Shown: one piece after another, positions 26,342 to 36,377 of the stretch
Layout of the letters: the number at the start of each line of letters is the position of its first letter
How positions within the stretch are numbered: the stretch's first letter is position 1
Sequence record: PP456879.1
Length of the DNA: 64,000 nt
Strand: one strand, 5' to 3'
Position numbers and translations under genes: made by a program
Notes under the pieces: model-generated
What the model was told of the DNA's origin: nothing
Database searches by the model: none
Seen by the model: only the letters and a program-made list of their open reading frames with translations

Positions 26342-27082
26342 TTAGAAGGAAGGCATATCCTCATCAAAAGCTGAGTCATTATAACTATTATTAGCCGGCT
26401 TAGCATAACTATTATTGCCACCGTTGTTATAGTTATTGCGCTGACCACCGTTATTGTAACCACCGCTATTACCATTACCCTGATTGAAATTAGCAGGGTT
26501 AGATACACCTTTAGCATCTGGATCGAATTCAGTTACTAGAAGATGCATTACTAGTTTATATGCGGGGTCTAGGAAACCGTATGCATAAGCATCAGACATT
26601 TCCTTAGGTGATAGCTGACTACCATCTGCTTTGCGGATATCATGGAATTGGGACGGGCCAAAGAAGAATTTGATCTTTGGACGATCAGGTTGAGTGCTCA
26701 GCACTGCGATGTAAATTCGACCATCTTGTGCACGGCCAACATGTAGCTTAGAAAGCTCAATAAAATTATCACGCTTTTTACCAGCTACGAAGTTATTGCG
26801 GTAAACAAAGACGCGTTCAGTATCTTCAGTTTTACCTTCAATTAAGTCCATTGCAAACTTAATGAAACATGCAAAGGTTGCTAGGTCAGTATTGAACTCA
26901 ATTTTACCATGGTCTTTATCACCAGGTACATTAGTACGAACAGTAACCCGTGGTTGGTTTTTAAACAGACCAAATCGTAGCGTCGGTCGTTTTTGAGAAC
27001 CCTCACATGGTTTGGCATGTAGCCAAGTATTCATTACGTTAAAAGGGTTAACTACGGGTGCATTAGGCTGCTGTTGTGACAT
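26342..27082 (-). CDS. chmC: ChmC, nucleus-associated nucleic-acid-binding protein (gp67)
   Basis: 246 aa; beta-rich Whirly-like core plus N/G-rich tail with acidic end (FDEDMPSF); synteny with gp68/gp69. Confidence 0.7.
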   Translation of the reverse strand: MSQQQPNAPVVNPFNVMNTWLHAKPCEGSQKRPTLRFGLFKNQPRVTVRTNVPGDKDHGKIEFNTDLATFACFIKFAMDLIEGKTEDTERVFVYRNNFVAGKKRDNFIELSKLHVGRAQDGRIYIAVLSTQPDRPKIKFFFGPSQFHDIRKADGSQLSPKEMSDAYAYGFLDPAYKLVMHLLVTEFDPDAKGVSNPANFNQGNGNSGGYNNGGQRNNYNNGGNNSYAKPANNSYNDSAFDEDMPSF

Positions 27083-27168
27083 GATGTGATAACTCCAAAT
27101 TAAAACTAGATTCTTTTAACTAGATGGGAAATGATTTCTACGTAATATTATCGCAACAAGTATTTCTT

Positions 27169-27999
27169 CTATTTGAATTTCTTGTATGCTTCTTTTAACT
27201 CTTTAGAACCATAAGCAGTAATGTCATGATGAACTTTATCTGGTGTTGTTAATCCTGTCCATTTTCTAGATTGTGCCAATTGTTTTAATTGCGCACGAAT
27301 AGCTTTGTCTTGTGGTTCAAGTAATTGTTTATCGCCAAATATCTGTATAGCAAATGATGTAAAAGGAAATGGAGTATCTTCTTTTAAACCATTTAGTTTA
27401 GTATACCACATGTTGTATGTCTTTATTTTACCCGTATGGGATTCCAATAAAAGAAGTCTATTAAAATGGGGTTTCCATAATAGTTCATGTGGGAAATGGG
27501 TTAATAGTAAAACAGTACCTTCAACCTTTGGAGGTTTATTAGATATTTCCATTGTAGTTAAATCTGTATCTTTTAACTTCTGGTATAGTTCAATTGATAC
27601 AAATCGTTCATAAACATCATAAGCTAATTGTTGCGGTGTTCGTGATACTTTAAATGTAGCTTTAGGGAATAACCACTTCACTGCATCTCGACCAGTAATG
27701 TAATATTTTACAGTTGCTTTTATCCCCGATTGCCGTAAAGCAACCGGGATTGTTTGTGCTTCTTGAAATAAAACATCGACTGCTGCAACCAAGTTAATAT
27801 TAGTTTGTTGTTCAGACTTCATAGCCTGCCACATATTTCTTGCAAGAGTACGGACATTAATCCATATTTCTTTAATAGACTTAACATCAGTTGGTTGTCT
27901 AGGCTTTTGTGGATGTGTTCCTATAAGCCCTTCGAGAGCAAAAGAAGTTCCAATGCTAATCGGAATATTAGCACCTACATCTCTCTCGATAATATCCAT
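27169..27999 (-). CDS. Conserved protein with degenerate FEN/5'-3' exonuclease-like pattern (gp66-like)
   Basis: WINVRTLARN, LLTHFPHELL and QIFGDKQ align by eye to FEN/PIN motifs. Confidence 0.55.
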   Translation of the reverse strand: MDIIERDVGANIPISIGTSFALEGLIGTHPQKPRQPTDVKSIKEIWINVRTLARNMWQAMKSEQQTNINLVAAVDVLFQEAQTIPVALRQSGIKATVKYYITGRDAVKWLFPKATFKVSRTPQQLAYDVYERFVSIELYQKLKDTDLTTMEISNKPPKVEGTVLLLTHFPHELLWKPHFNRLLLLESHTGKIKTYNMWYTKLNGLKEDTPFPFTSFAIQIFGDKQLLEPQDKAIRAQLKQLAQSRKWTGLTTPDKVHHDITAYGSKELKEAYKKFK

Positions 28000-28011
28000 T
28001 ATTATTGCCTT

Positions 28012-29178
28012 TTATTTGAACTCTGTCAATAATCCCAATACCCGCTGGATCTGAGCAGCGTCCGCTGTAAATTTTTCAATATCTGGAATAATTAAATCAG
28101 AAATACTTTCTGGAGTTATATCCAAAAATTCTGATAAATCAAAATTCTTTAGGCTATCTGACACAGTATTTTTCTTTGTAGTAACTTTTTCAATTAAGAT
28201 ACTCCATGAAAAATTAGGATATTCATTTTGAAATGTATCGAGATCACCAGTAGCTACATCACCTGGATTACATCTTAACCTAATTGCAGAGTTAGTTGGT
28301 AGTGTCTTGATATGTTCTTTAACAGTGTAATTAAGTTGCTTAGTATCCATTCCATGGACATTCAAAGTATCATATCTACGCGCACCCTTATTCTCAAGGA
28401 ATGTAGCAGTCCATTCGCCATTTTCTTTCACCACAACATCAAATAATCCTTTTGGAATTTCATCGTTGTGACTTAATCGGTCAAATCCACCGGCAGCTAA
28501 AATGCGTTCATAGATAGACATCTCATGAACATGTCCACCATTGATCATATATTTAGTTAATGCTAAATATTCATCTGGATCATGTGTTGGCTCTTCAACA
28601 ATGCTAGGTAGCTGGTGTTTAAATGCACCATGTAAAATAGTAAAGTCAACTTGAGATATACCTTTCTTATGCATTAAATCTTTTACTTGATTTAAAGTCT
28701 CTGATGTGGATGGATTCCATTTATCAGGGACATAAAGGAAATATGCATCTAGTTTCTCAATATACTCGATATCGAGAATCTTTGAATAATGCAAATCAAC
28801 TTTAATATTAGCATTATTCTTTTGTTCTACGAAAAACTGCATTTGCCCACGATCGTGTGATGGAGTCCCTTCAACAATACGGATCATTACATTATACATT
28901 TCACATTTGTAGAGAAGTATTGTAATAAATCTATCAATTGCGTATGCAGCTGGATCACCATTGTTTAATTGGCGATCAAATAAATCCCCTGTAATAATCA
29001 ACATATCAATATCTTTTAAAATTGTATCAGGGACAGTTTTCCAAAAGTTATTGATGATTAATTCAGTAGGGGTTTGGCGATGCCCCATATGGACATCGCC
29101 TACTGTTAAATATCGAAATATGCCAGGTTTCTTTGTTTTATCAGTCTTCATATTCGTCACCGTAAACACATTCATCAT
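28012..29178 (-). CDS. SbcD/Mre11-like metallophosphoesterase nuclease (gp65-like)
   Basis: GDVH, GDLFD, GTPSHD, LHG, GHVH motifs. Confidence 0.9.
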   Translation of the reverse strand: MMNVFTVTNMKTDKTKKPGIFRYLTVGDVHMGHRQTPTELIINNFWKTVPDTILKDIDMLIITGDLFDRQLNNGDPAAYAIDRFITILLYKCEMYNVMIRIVEGTPSHDRGQMQFFVEQKNNANIKVDLHYSKILDIEYIEKLDAYFLYVPDKWNPSTSETLNQVKDLMHKKGISQVDFTILHGAFKHQLPSIVEEPTHDPDEYLALTKYMINGGHVHEMSIYERILAAGGFDRLSHNDEIPKGLFDVVVKENGEWTATFLENKGARRYDTLNVHGMDTKQLNYTVKEHIKTLPTNSAIRLRCNPGDVATGDLDTFQNEYPNFSWSILIEKVTTKKNTVSDSLKNFDLSEFLDITPESISDLIIPDIEKFTADAAQIQRVLGLLTEFK

Positions 29179-29773
29179 TCTCAGGTGTATCTACTTGCAC
29201 ACCTCCAGATTTAGATGAAGATGCATTCGGTAACTCATATAACGGAGTACCATCAGTATTTTTTAATACCCGACCATATGCTGCTAAGATTTGGATTAAC
29301 ACTTGTAGAAGTTGTTTTTCTAATGGTTCATTATAAATACACCGCTCTAGGAATTGAGCCGCTTCTTTAGCAAACCCACCACGTGGATTACGGTTATGTT
29401 CTTTATTATAATAATCCATTACGTTAGAAATGCTAGCAACATTCTCACCAGATGAGATTGCAACACTTGGACGAGGATAGAGTGCTGGAACTGTAAAAAG
29501 CACAACTGCTTCTTTGGTATTTACACTTGCTACGCGTAACGGATTTGATAGCTCACGAACATATTTACGATATTCATCTAATGCACCAGGTGCCCATGGA
29601 CATTCAAGTAACGGTAATATATTCTTTACAAAAACGTCCTCATGAACAATAGGTGTCTCTTTCTGATGAATGTTAACCATGGCTTGCATTGCATCCATGA
29701 TCATGTTATCGCTATCTGTAACTCTAGTGTTCGGTTCCGGAGTTGCCATCTTCTTTACCCATAACTTGTTCAA
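29141..29773 (-). CDS. Hypothetical protein (gp64-like)
   Basis: Packed operon ORF; probable start MATPEP. Confidence 0.75.
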   Translation of the reverse strand: MNKLWVKKMATPEPNTRVTDSDNMIMDAMQAMVNIHQKETPIVHEDVFVKNILPLLECPWAPGALDEYRKYVRELSNPLRVASVNTKEAVVLFTVPALYPRPSVAISSGENVASISNVMDYYNKEHNRNPRGGFAKEAAQFLERCIYNEPLEKQLLQVLIQILAAYGRVLKNTDGTPLYELPNASSSKSGGVQVDTPENDECVYGDEYED

Positions 29774-30281
29774 TCTGTTGTTTAGTCAGAGTAGTGATGA
29801 TATTAAAACGAGCTTCTTCTTTATTTTCCATTAGTTGAGGATTACTATTTAGGTAATCAATCAACGCATCGCAGTTTTCAGTAGTGAACTTATTAGGCGT
29901 TCCAACAGTAGCAAACATATAACCTTTATCACCGCCCTTACGAACAATGACTGATTCCATATGTTCTTTCTGATTAACCCCATCTACTTCAGCTAGTGAG
30001 AATACTGGTTTAGTATCACCATGGATAGCTCGCAATGCGTCATCAACTTCATGCCGAATACTTTCACCCATATTGCAAAGAATATCTGCAAGAACTCGAC
30101 TAACGCGAATATTAAATGTTGCAGTTTCTTCAGCTTTAGCTTTTACCAATTGTTGGAAAGCCTCATCTACAACATTAGCATGTTTTGTTAGATTCCTAAC
30201 TGTTACTTCTAGCATATGAATTCGTTTTAATAGCATGGAGTTCATAGCTTCGCTTTCATTTTTCTCAACTTCACTAGTCAT
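29724..30281 (-). CDS. Hypothetical coiled-coil protein (gp63-like)
   Basis: 185 aa, abuts the upstream gene. Confidence 0.75.
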   Translation of the reverse strand: MTSEVEKNESEAMNSMLLKRIHMLEVTVRNLTKHANVVDEAFQQLVKAKAEETATFNIRVSRVLADILCNMGESIRHEVDDALRAIHGDTKPVFSLAEVDGVNQKEHMESVIVRKGGDKGYMFATVGTPNKFTTENCDALIDYLNSNPQLMENKEEARFNIITTLTKQQIEQVMGKEDGNSGTEH

Positions 30282-30719
<438 letters not shown>

Positions 30720-30731
30720 TTAAGTTAAGAT

Positions 30732-30749
30732 GGGAGCCAAATGGCTCCC
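30732..30749 (-). terminator. Terminator
   Basis: GGGAGCC-aaat-GGCTCCC with downstream U-tract on the minus strand. Confidence 0.7.
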
Positions 30750-30785
30750 TTTATATTGCTTGATACATACAGTTAAATACTTACA

Positions 30786-31250
30786 TTAACTAGCATATAA
30801 ATATTTACTTGCAATTAATTCAATGTGATATACGATAACAGCACCTTCTTTTTTCTTGAGTGTGCTTGTTAAAACGATATCGTGTTCAGTAACACATGCA
30901 TGTACACTAATGGGTTTGGTAGTAATTTCACTACTTGTCCCTGAAAAATGAGTTGTAGCTACATATAACTGGGTATCATCAACTAACCCATTTGGATCCC
31001 TACCAACATGTACAAATGGTGGCCTGCTAGAAACATTAGGATGGTCGTCTTTAATAACAAGATGACCATCTTCAGATGGGTAAGCATAGTCATATCCAGT
31101 TACATAGATACGTAGAGCGCCATTCTTAAATGCTTCTTTAAGATAAGAATATTCTTCAAAATTAAAACGAATTGAATCAACCACAGCAGTAGTTAATTTA
31201 AGAATAGGGTGTAGTGGCCTTGATGAGTTATTATTCTTAATTAATAGCAT
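30786..31250 (-). CDS. Hypothetical protein
   Basis: Likely start ATG 31250 (SD AAGGA); ORF track extends it to 31310. Confidence 0.7.
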   Translation of the reverse strand: MLLIKNNNSSRPLHPILKLTTAVVDSIRFNFEEYSYLKEAFKNGALRIYVTGYDYAYPSEDGHLVIKDDHPNVSSRPPFVHVGRDPNGLVDDTQLYVATTHFSGTSSEITTKPISVHACVTEHDIVLTSTLKKKEGAVIVYHIELIASKYLYAS

Positions 31251-31572
31251 CGGTATTTTCCTTAACGTAAAAAGCAATATGTGGATGGTTCCACAATGGA
31301 CTCTCATCACAAAAACTATAACTATGTATTTCCTCGCCAGTATCTAATTTAATAGAGACCACTTCACCTTCAATGACTGTGAAAATAAATTTAGTATCAG
31401 GTGAAACATAATCACCAGTTACATAGTCATTATCGGGAAGATACAATAGTCGTGTTTGATTATCGTATTTAAGTTCTATTCCATCTGTACTATTAAAGTA
31501 CATATATCCCGTACCATCTGGACTTTTTTGAAACATCTTTAGTTTATTTGGTACGAGTAGATCAATTGACAT
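31237..31572 (-). CDS. Hypothetical protein
   Basis: 111 aa, SD AGGAG. Confidence 0.75.
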   Translation of the reverse strand: MSIDLLVPNKLKMFQKSPDGTGYMYFNSTDGIELKYDNQTRLLYLPDNDYVTGDYVSPDTKFIFTVIEGEVVSIKLDTGEEIHSYSFCDESPLWNHPHIAFYVKENTDAIN

Positions 31573-31623
31573 AGATCTCTCCTAAACGATAGAAGAGAGC
31601 CCCATGTAGGGACTCTCATTTAT

Positions 31624-32235
31624 TTAACCTAGAAGATTACCTACGACTGAAGTTGGATCTTCTTCACCTGCGTCCAGATGTTCATCAATAGCATTCCACA
31701 TACGGATGATGTCAACTTTCTCGTGCAGACTAAGTTTACGATCGCTCTTGATATCTTCGTGATAGTTTTTATAACCGAATTCTTTCTTATCGGTATACAT
31801 AACTCCATCCATCACGCGGCGATAATCAAACTGTCGTTCACCTACAGCATCACCTTGGATGTTATTATAAGAACCACCATATCCATCAACTTCATTATTA
31901 AGATACATAGTTCTTAGACGCTCATGCGCCATAACCCAACGTTGCATAATTGGACCAGCTGTTTGTAGTTCAGCTAATGTCTCAAGATACACAATGTTGT
32001 TCGACTGCCATAAGTTATCTTTCTTTGTGGTCAGATTCCGCAGTGCTTGAACAGCAGCTGATTCACTAATCATACTGTACATATTTTGAGCAGTATTAAA
32101 AAAGCTAGCAGCAGCAGTTGACATAGTTGAACGAAGTGCCTGACTACGCTCACCCAACCATTGAGTTGTTTGCTGTGTAAGATGGCCACCTGCACAGATG
32201 TCCAAGAGGTCTACACCATGTGCATCTACAATCAT
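31624..32235 (-). CDS. Conserved chimallivirus protein, positionally gp59 (reported import factor Imp3)
   Basis: 203 aa, SD GAGG; number from counting between gp56.1 and gp68. Confidence 0.55.
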   Translation of the reverse strand: MIVDAHGVDLLDICAGGHLTQQTTQWLGERSQALRSTMSTAAASFFNTAQNMYSMISESAAVQALRNLTTKKDNLWQSNNIVYLETLAELQTAGPIMQRWVMAHERLRTMYLNNEVDGYGGSYNNIQGDAVGERQFDYRRVMDGVMYTDKKEFGYKNYHEDIKSDRKLSLHEKVDIIRMWNAIDEHLDAGEEDPTSVVGNLLG

Positions 32236-32243
32236 TATACACC

Positions 32244-32669
32244 TCAGTTATTGGCCGTATATGACCAGCATAGATTAAACGGATGTTGCATAGGTAAGTT
32301 AAATGTATCTAGTTCCTGACCGATCCAATTGACAGCTTTTGTAACACCTTCAACAGTTACAGTTAATTCAACATGGATATCATGTTCAGGTGCAGTCACC
32401 ACAATAGTGATTGGATCATCATGTTTAATACGGAATCCAAACTTAGGATGATGGAATCCAGTATATTCACCTTTAGTATTTTCTAGAATACATTCAAATA
32501 GATTAGTTTCTTTATTAAGTTTAAATGTAACTAGTTTATCTGAATCTTTAAGTAAACCATTATCCCCAAATACATTGAATCGATAATGCTTATGGCAGAT
32601 ACCAAGTGTTTTTGGTACATCATGGGAATTATCGATTTGCTTAGTACATTCGTTGCATTTACTATTCAT
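32244..32669 (-). CDS. Hypothetical protein
   Basis: 141 aa, SD AGG. Confidence 0.7.
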   Translation of the reverse strand: MNSKCNECTKQIDNSHDVPKTLGICHKHYRFNVFGDNGLLKDSDKLVTFKLNKETNLFECILENTKGEYTGFHHPKFGFRIKHDDPITIVVTAPEHDIHVELTVTVEGVTKAVNWIGQELDTFNLPMQHPFNLCWSYTANN

Positions 32670-32681
32670 CTTTATTTACCT

Positions 32682-33065
32682 TTAATAGATTTGTTTATCA
32701 AAAGAACAATTGATTGGAATAGTGATAACTTCATTAGTAATTACATGTTTACCTGTCTTTTTAAAGAATTGTGCAAATTTTGAAGTAGCTGGAATTACAA
32801 GGGTATCATCCCGATCATTATTTGACATATTGTAAAAAGTAAACTTACCGTCTAGGTTAAACCTAATGCACCACTTAATATTTCGTATTTTGAAATCTAT
32901 ACCAAATCTTAAATGACCATCAATCAATTCAGAACCACCGTATTCATAAGCTCCGGTGAAATTCCAATTAATTTCTGATAATTGGAAAGTTACAGGATGT
33001 TCGCCATATTCATCTTGTATGTAGTAACCATCATGAGCTTTCCAATAGATAACTAAATCATGCAT
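32682..33065 (-). CDS. Hypothetical protein
   Basis: 127 aa, SD GAGG. Confidence 0.7.
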   Translation of the reverse strand: MHDLVIYWKAHDGYYIQDEYGEHPVTFQLSEINWNFTGAYEYGGSELIDGHLRFGIDFKIRNIKWCIRFNLDGKFTFYNMSNNDRDDTLVIPATSKFAQFFKKTGKHVITNEVITIPINCSFDKQIY

Positions 33066-33124
33066 ACTACTAGCCTCAAAGAATTAATAGGGGATTCAAA
33101 CTCCCCTATTAATTTATTTTGCTT

Positions 33125-33313
33125 TTAATCATTAAGCTTAGAGATCATTTCGACATATGCATCGACAAACCTTCTGTTTACCACTACATCACCATTCCCG
33201 CAAGTAATATATCTCTTAGTGAATACGGCTACCGATCTGGCTTCACGTTCATCTCATTCGACTTGTGATAAACATTCCGGGTTACGTCGAATAATTTCAC
33301 GAATATTAGACAT
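33125..33313 (-). pseudogene. 62-codon small gene interrupted by in-frame TGA at codon 20
   Basis: SD GGGG, own promoter motif; MSNIREIIRRNPECLSQVE*DEREARSVAVFTKRYITCGNGDVVVNRRFVDAYVEMISKLND*. Confidence 0.55.
33204..33211 (-). promoter_or_regulatory. Early promoter TATATTAC (internal)
   Basis: Exact core, upstream of the 33065/32669 genes. Confidence 0.5.
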
Positions 33314-33344
33314 TGGGTATTCCCCTTATCACTATTGCATCTTA

Positions 33345-33352
33345 GTGATATA
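33345..33352 (-). promoter_or_regulatory. Early promoter variant TATATCAC
   Basis: tttcAGATTTATATCAC ~30 nt upstream of ATG 33313. Confidence 0.55.
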
Positions 33353-33419
33353 AATCTGAAATTAAATCCAGTGGAACTTTACATCCATGGTTAGTCGCCG
33401 CCATAACAGGAAATAAAGC

Positions 33420-33444
33420 CCCCTACTACATAAATAGTAGGGGT
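33420..33444 (-). terminator. Terminator after nvRNAP beta' exon 2
   Basis: CCCCTACTA-cataaa-TAGTAGGGG. Confidence 0.75.
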
Positions 33445-33454
33445 AAGTTTATTA

Positions 33455-33673
33455 TTACGACTTCAACCATTCTTCTAATGGCGGTAAATACTTCTCATGC
33501 GCCCAGTTAATAATTGTTTCTACAACAGGACCCTGTAATTCAAGGTTACCTGAGATTTCATGTGGTTCATCAATAGATAGAACCCATGTATGTGGAGCAA
33601 TGCGTTCAGTTGCTTTGGTTAAATACACATCAGGCATTAACGTTAAATTCAATTGATCGCCGTCAAAATCCGC
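33455..33673 (-). CDS. nvRNAP beta' N-terminal subunit, exon 2 (gp56.1)
   Basis: Starts GCG GAT TTT GAC GGC GAT = ADFDGD, completing the catalytic motif. Confidence 0.92.
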   Translation of the reverse strand, partial: ADFDGDQLNLTLMPDVYLTKATERIAPHTWVLSIDEPHEISGNLELQGPVVETIINWAHEKYLPPLEEWLKS

Positions 33674-35063
33674 CGTTATGTTCAGTATGGGTCGTTAATC
33701 CATACCCGGTAGTATAATTACCACATGATAATTACCACCTGCTGCATGTCGCCATGCAGACCAGACTATATCTTCACCCTTCCTTTCGGAGTAGGGTGTC
33801 TCCCATTTCGAGTCACTTGACTCTACATCCTATTTCTAGGACCGGCGCACCTGATACCGTAATAGTCGTTGAACCTTCTCCTATTCCTAAATGGAATGTT
33901 ACGGAGCTTGGCTGCTGATTGTCCCTACCTAATCTTTTTCAAACCTTGGCTTTGTCTTTCGACTCGCAGTGGTAGATTAGTTTAACAGGATATCCCAGCA
34001 ATTAGAGAGAACTCATCCCAATGATTACTCATTGGGGGAACTAGACTTGATTAACTTAATAAGGTATTTATCAAGCACTCCATTCTTTTCAAAGATTGCT
34101 CTTCGAACAGTATTCGGATGCTTAATACCGACATCTCTTGCAAAGTGTGGAATACTCGGATACACTTTGGTAGTGTTCAAGATGGTGTCGGTTACTTCAA
34201 TTGGAGTACCTTTTCCATTACTAGGTTTTCCAAATGAGGCTTCAATTTCTTTCTGAGTATATTTAGGGAAATCTTCAGGATTAGCGGTATAGGAGAATAC
34301 CAAACCATCCATGATTTCCTTACTACCTCTAACTAGATGGTAATAGGCTTTATTACGTTTAGTACCTAGTGCAAGTTCCATTTCTGCTAAGTTATGGAAC
34401 ACATGCAATGTCTTAGTCTTATAGTCTAAAACATAAACTGTCTTGGTACTTTCACGATCAGCAATCTTAGTCTCACCGGTAATAAATTCAAATGTGAATC
34501 TATTTCTATACGGCTTAGTCTTATGGTCACGTATAATAACCCAAACCGTATTTTTATTAACTCCTAATGCCCGAGCAAGTTCACTCATCGAGTAATAAGT
34601 AGTCTTTTCACCAGTGGTAACATCAGTTGCAATTACCCGTCTATTTTCTTTTCTTAATCCATTTTTGTAAGCATGCTCAATGTTTTCACCACGAGTCATC
34701 CACTCCAAATTAGATGGTAAGTTATTATGTTTGTTACCGTCTTTATGATTGACTTCATAATTTGGTCCAGGTGATGGACCATGGAATGCGGTACAAATTA
34801 GAATATGTGATAATGTAGAATTACTTCTGCCATTATCATTTTTTGCACCCAGCTTCAGATATGAACCAGTTGAAGTAGGTACTTTGTATAACTTACATAT
34901 TCTATTTAACCGCTTATGACGAATTGTTCCTAAGTTACTAGCTTCATATGCTGAGTATCCAGGAATATCCCGCCATTCAATTTTAAATGAAGCCGGATCA
35001 AAGACGGACACTACTCCGTTTTGTTCCATTGTTTTTACCCTTATTTAGTTATTTGCTTATCCG
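33674..35063 (-). mobile_element. Group I intron (1390 nt) carrying a homing endonuclease
   Basis: P/Q/R/S elements at ~33770-34000; exon ends CCTAAT (U), intron ends AACATAACG; splicing gives KAPN|ADFDGDQ. Confidence 0.93.
34025..35029 (-). CDS. Intron-encoded HNH homing endonuclease (NUMOD4-HNH-NUMOD1 repeats; gp56-like)
   Basis: WRDIPGYSAYEASNLG (NUMOD4); VNHKDGNKHNNLPSNLEW (HNH); three NUMOD1-like repeats. Confidence 0.92.
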   Translation of the reverse strand: MEQNGVVSVFDPASFKIEWRDIPGYSAYEASNLGTIRHKRLNRICKLYKVPTSTGSYLKLGAKNDNGRSNSTLSHILICTAFHGPSPGPNYEVNHKDGNKHNNLPSNLEWMTRGENIEHAYKNGLRKENRRVIATDVTTGEKTTYYSMSELARALGVNKNTVWVIIRDHKTKPYRNRFTFEFITGETKIADRESTKTVYVLDYKTKTLHVFHNLAEMELALGTKRNKAYYHLVRGSKEIMDGLVFSYTANPEDFPKYTQKEIEASFGKPSNGKGTPIEVTDTILNTTKVYPSIPHFARDVGIKHPNTVRRAIFEKNGVLDKYLIKLIKSSSPNE

Positions 35064-36308
35064 ATTAGGCGCTTTAAGGCATAAAACTGACATGCTGATA
35101 GAATTATCATTAATGTCATCTTTTACTTTAGTAATAAAGAACTGCTGCGTAGATCCACGTTGAAGCGTTGGATTTCGGTGAAAAGTACAACCCATCCCTT
35201 TATAAGGGGCTGCTTCTGCAATTAGCTCTTTAAATAGATCTGCAATGATTTGGTTATATTGAAGTACATTCTCATATACAAATGAGAATGCTTCACGAGT
35301 TGTCATGTTAAACTTTGCTTTTAGTTTATTGGTTAGATGATACTTTAATAATTGACAACCTACCCCCCAAGGGATATGTAGTTCATCATAATCATGCGGG
35401 TCACTAATAGAAGTGATTACTGCACGTGCCGTAGCGTTGAGACGAGCACCAAACATGTGACGCCGAGCAAGACCAGGCTTTTGAGCAATTCGTGATTTTG
35501 CGTAGATCTCGTAGAACTGGCCATATAGTCTTAGTCCTCGCATAGTCCTATTCTGAGCTTTAATTGGACTAAGTGGTACAGATGATGCATCAATACTAGC
35601 GAAGGTTAAGGTAGCATCAATTGCTGCTTCAATTGGTTTATCTAAGTAAGTACCAGATGTGGTTGATTCTGCTACGAAACAGAGTTTAGAAGGAACTGGT
35701 AAATATTTAGGGAATAACTTATCTTTATTCTGAGCAACGAATTGAGCGAATTCGGATTTATTATTAGAGATAATATTTGCATCTAGTAGGAATTGGAAGA
35801 TCTCATTGAAATTATCAATGAAGTGATTTAATCCTCTTTCAAATCCTCGATGCAGTAGCCTATCTACTTTCCTGCGTGTTTCCTTAGAACCAATAGATTC
35901 TACATCGTATCGATAAGAAGTATCAGTTAGATATGCTAAGAAATCGAATTCTTTAGTTACTAGATATCCGGTTAGCATAATGATTAAACGTGGGTTAATT
36001 AGGCTACGTACATGTTTTGGTGTACGAACCCACATTGATGGTTCGATAGGACGGCTAGAAGTATTGACAACTGGAGTATTACAAATATCACAGATTACTC
36101 CGAGTTTATGTGCGTCTTCGATTGCTCGACAATCACAGCTTACACTACTTTCAATTGCTTCTGAATCTTGGAAATGAGAATAGAAATGCCTATCAAATTC
36201 TTCTTTCTCATCTGAGTTACTCGTATTGTAATCATTGGCATAAATTCGTTTACCCGTAAATTGATCATGAACTTCATTATGATCAACAACTTTGGCATAA
36301 AGACCCAT
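35064..36308 (-). CDS. nvRNAP beta' N-terminal subunit, exon 1 (gp55; spliced product 487 aa)
   Basis: Zn ribbon CDC...CDIC, RRHMFGARLNATARAVI, FHRNPTLQRGS beta' motifs. Confidence 0.92.
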
Positions 36309-36343
36309 ACCAAACTCCTATTTATCGATTAACAAAAAAAGGA

Positions 36344-36377
36344 GATATAAGCGGCCCCCGAAGGAGCCGCTATATCA
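36344..36377 (-). terminator. Strong terminator ending the chmA transcript
   Basis: gatatagcggctcc-ttcg-ggggccgcttatatc then ccttttttt (minus strand). Confidence 0.85.

Noticed and set aside
26218-26517. 99-aa alternative-frame ORF over the chmC tail
   Set aside because: Product of the low-complexity AAT/AAC repeat read out of frame; crosses the gp68 promoter
33254-33256. Genome-wide TGA-to-Trp recoding
   Set aside because: Bona fide genes end in TGA (29141, 38895, 40433) and long ORFs have no internal TGA
35049-35063. C-terminal RISK* of the 419-aa ORF and GN* of the 399-aa ORF
   Set aside because: The residues after PN and HGG are intron-derived read-through, not true termini
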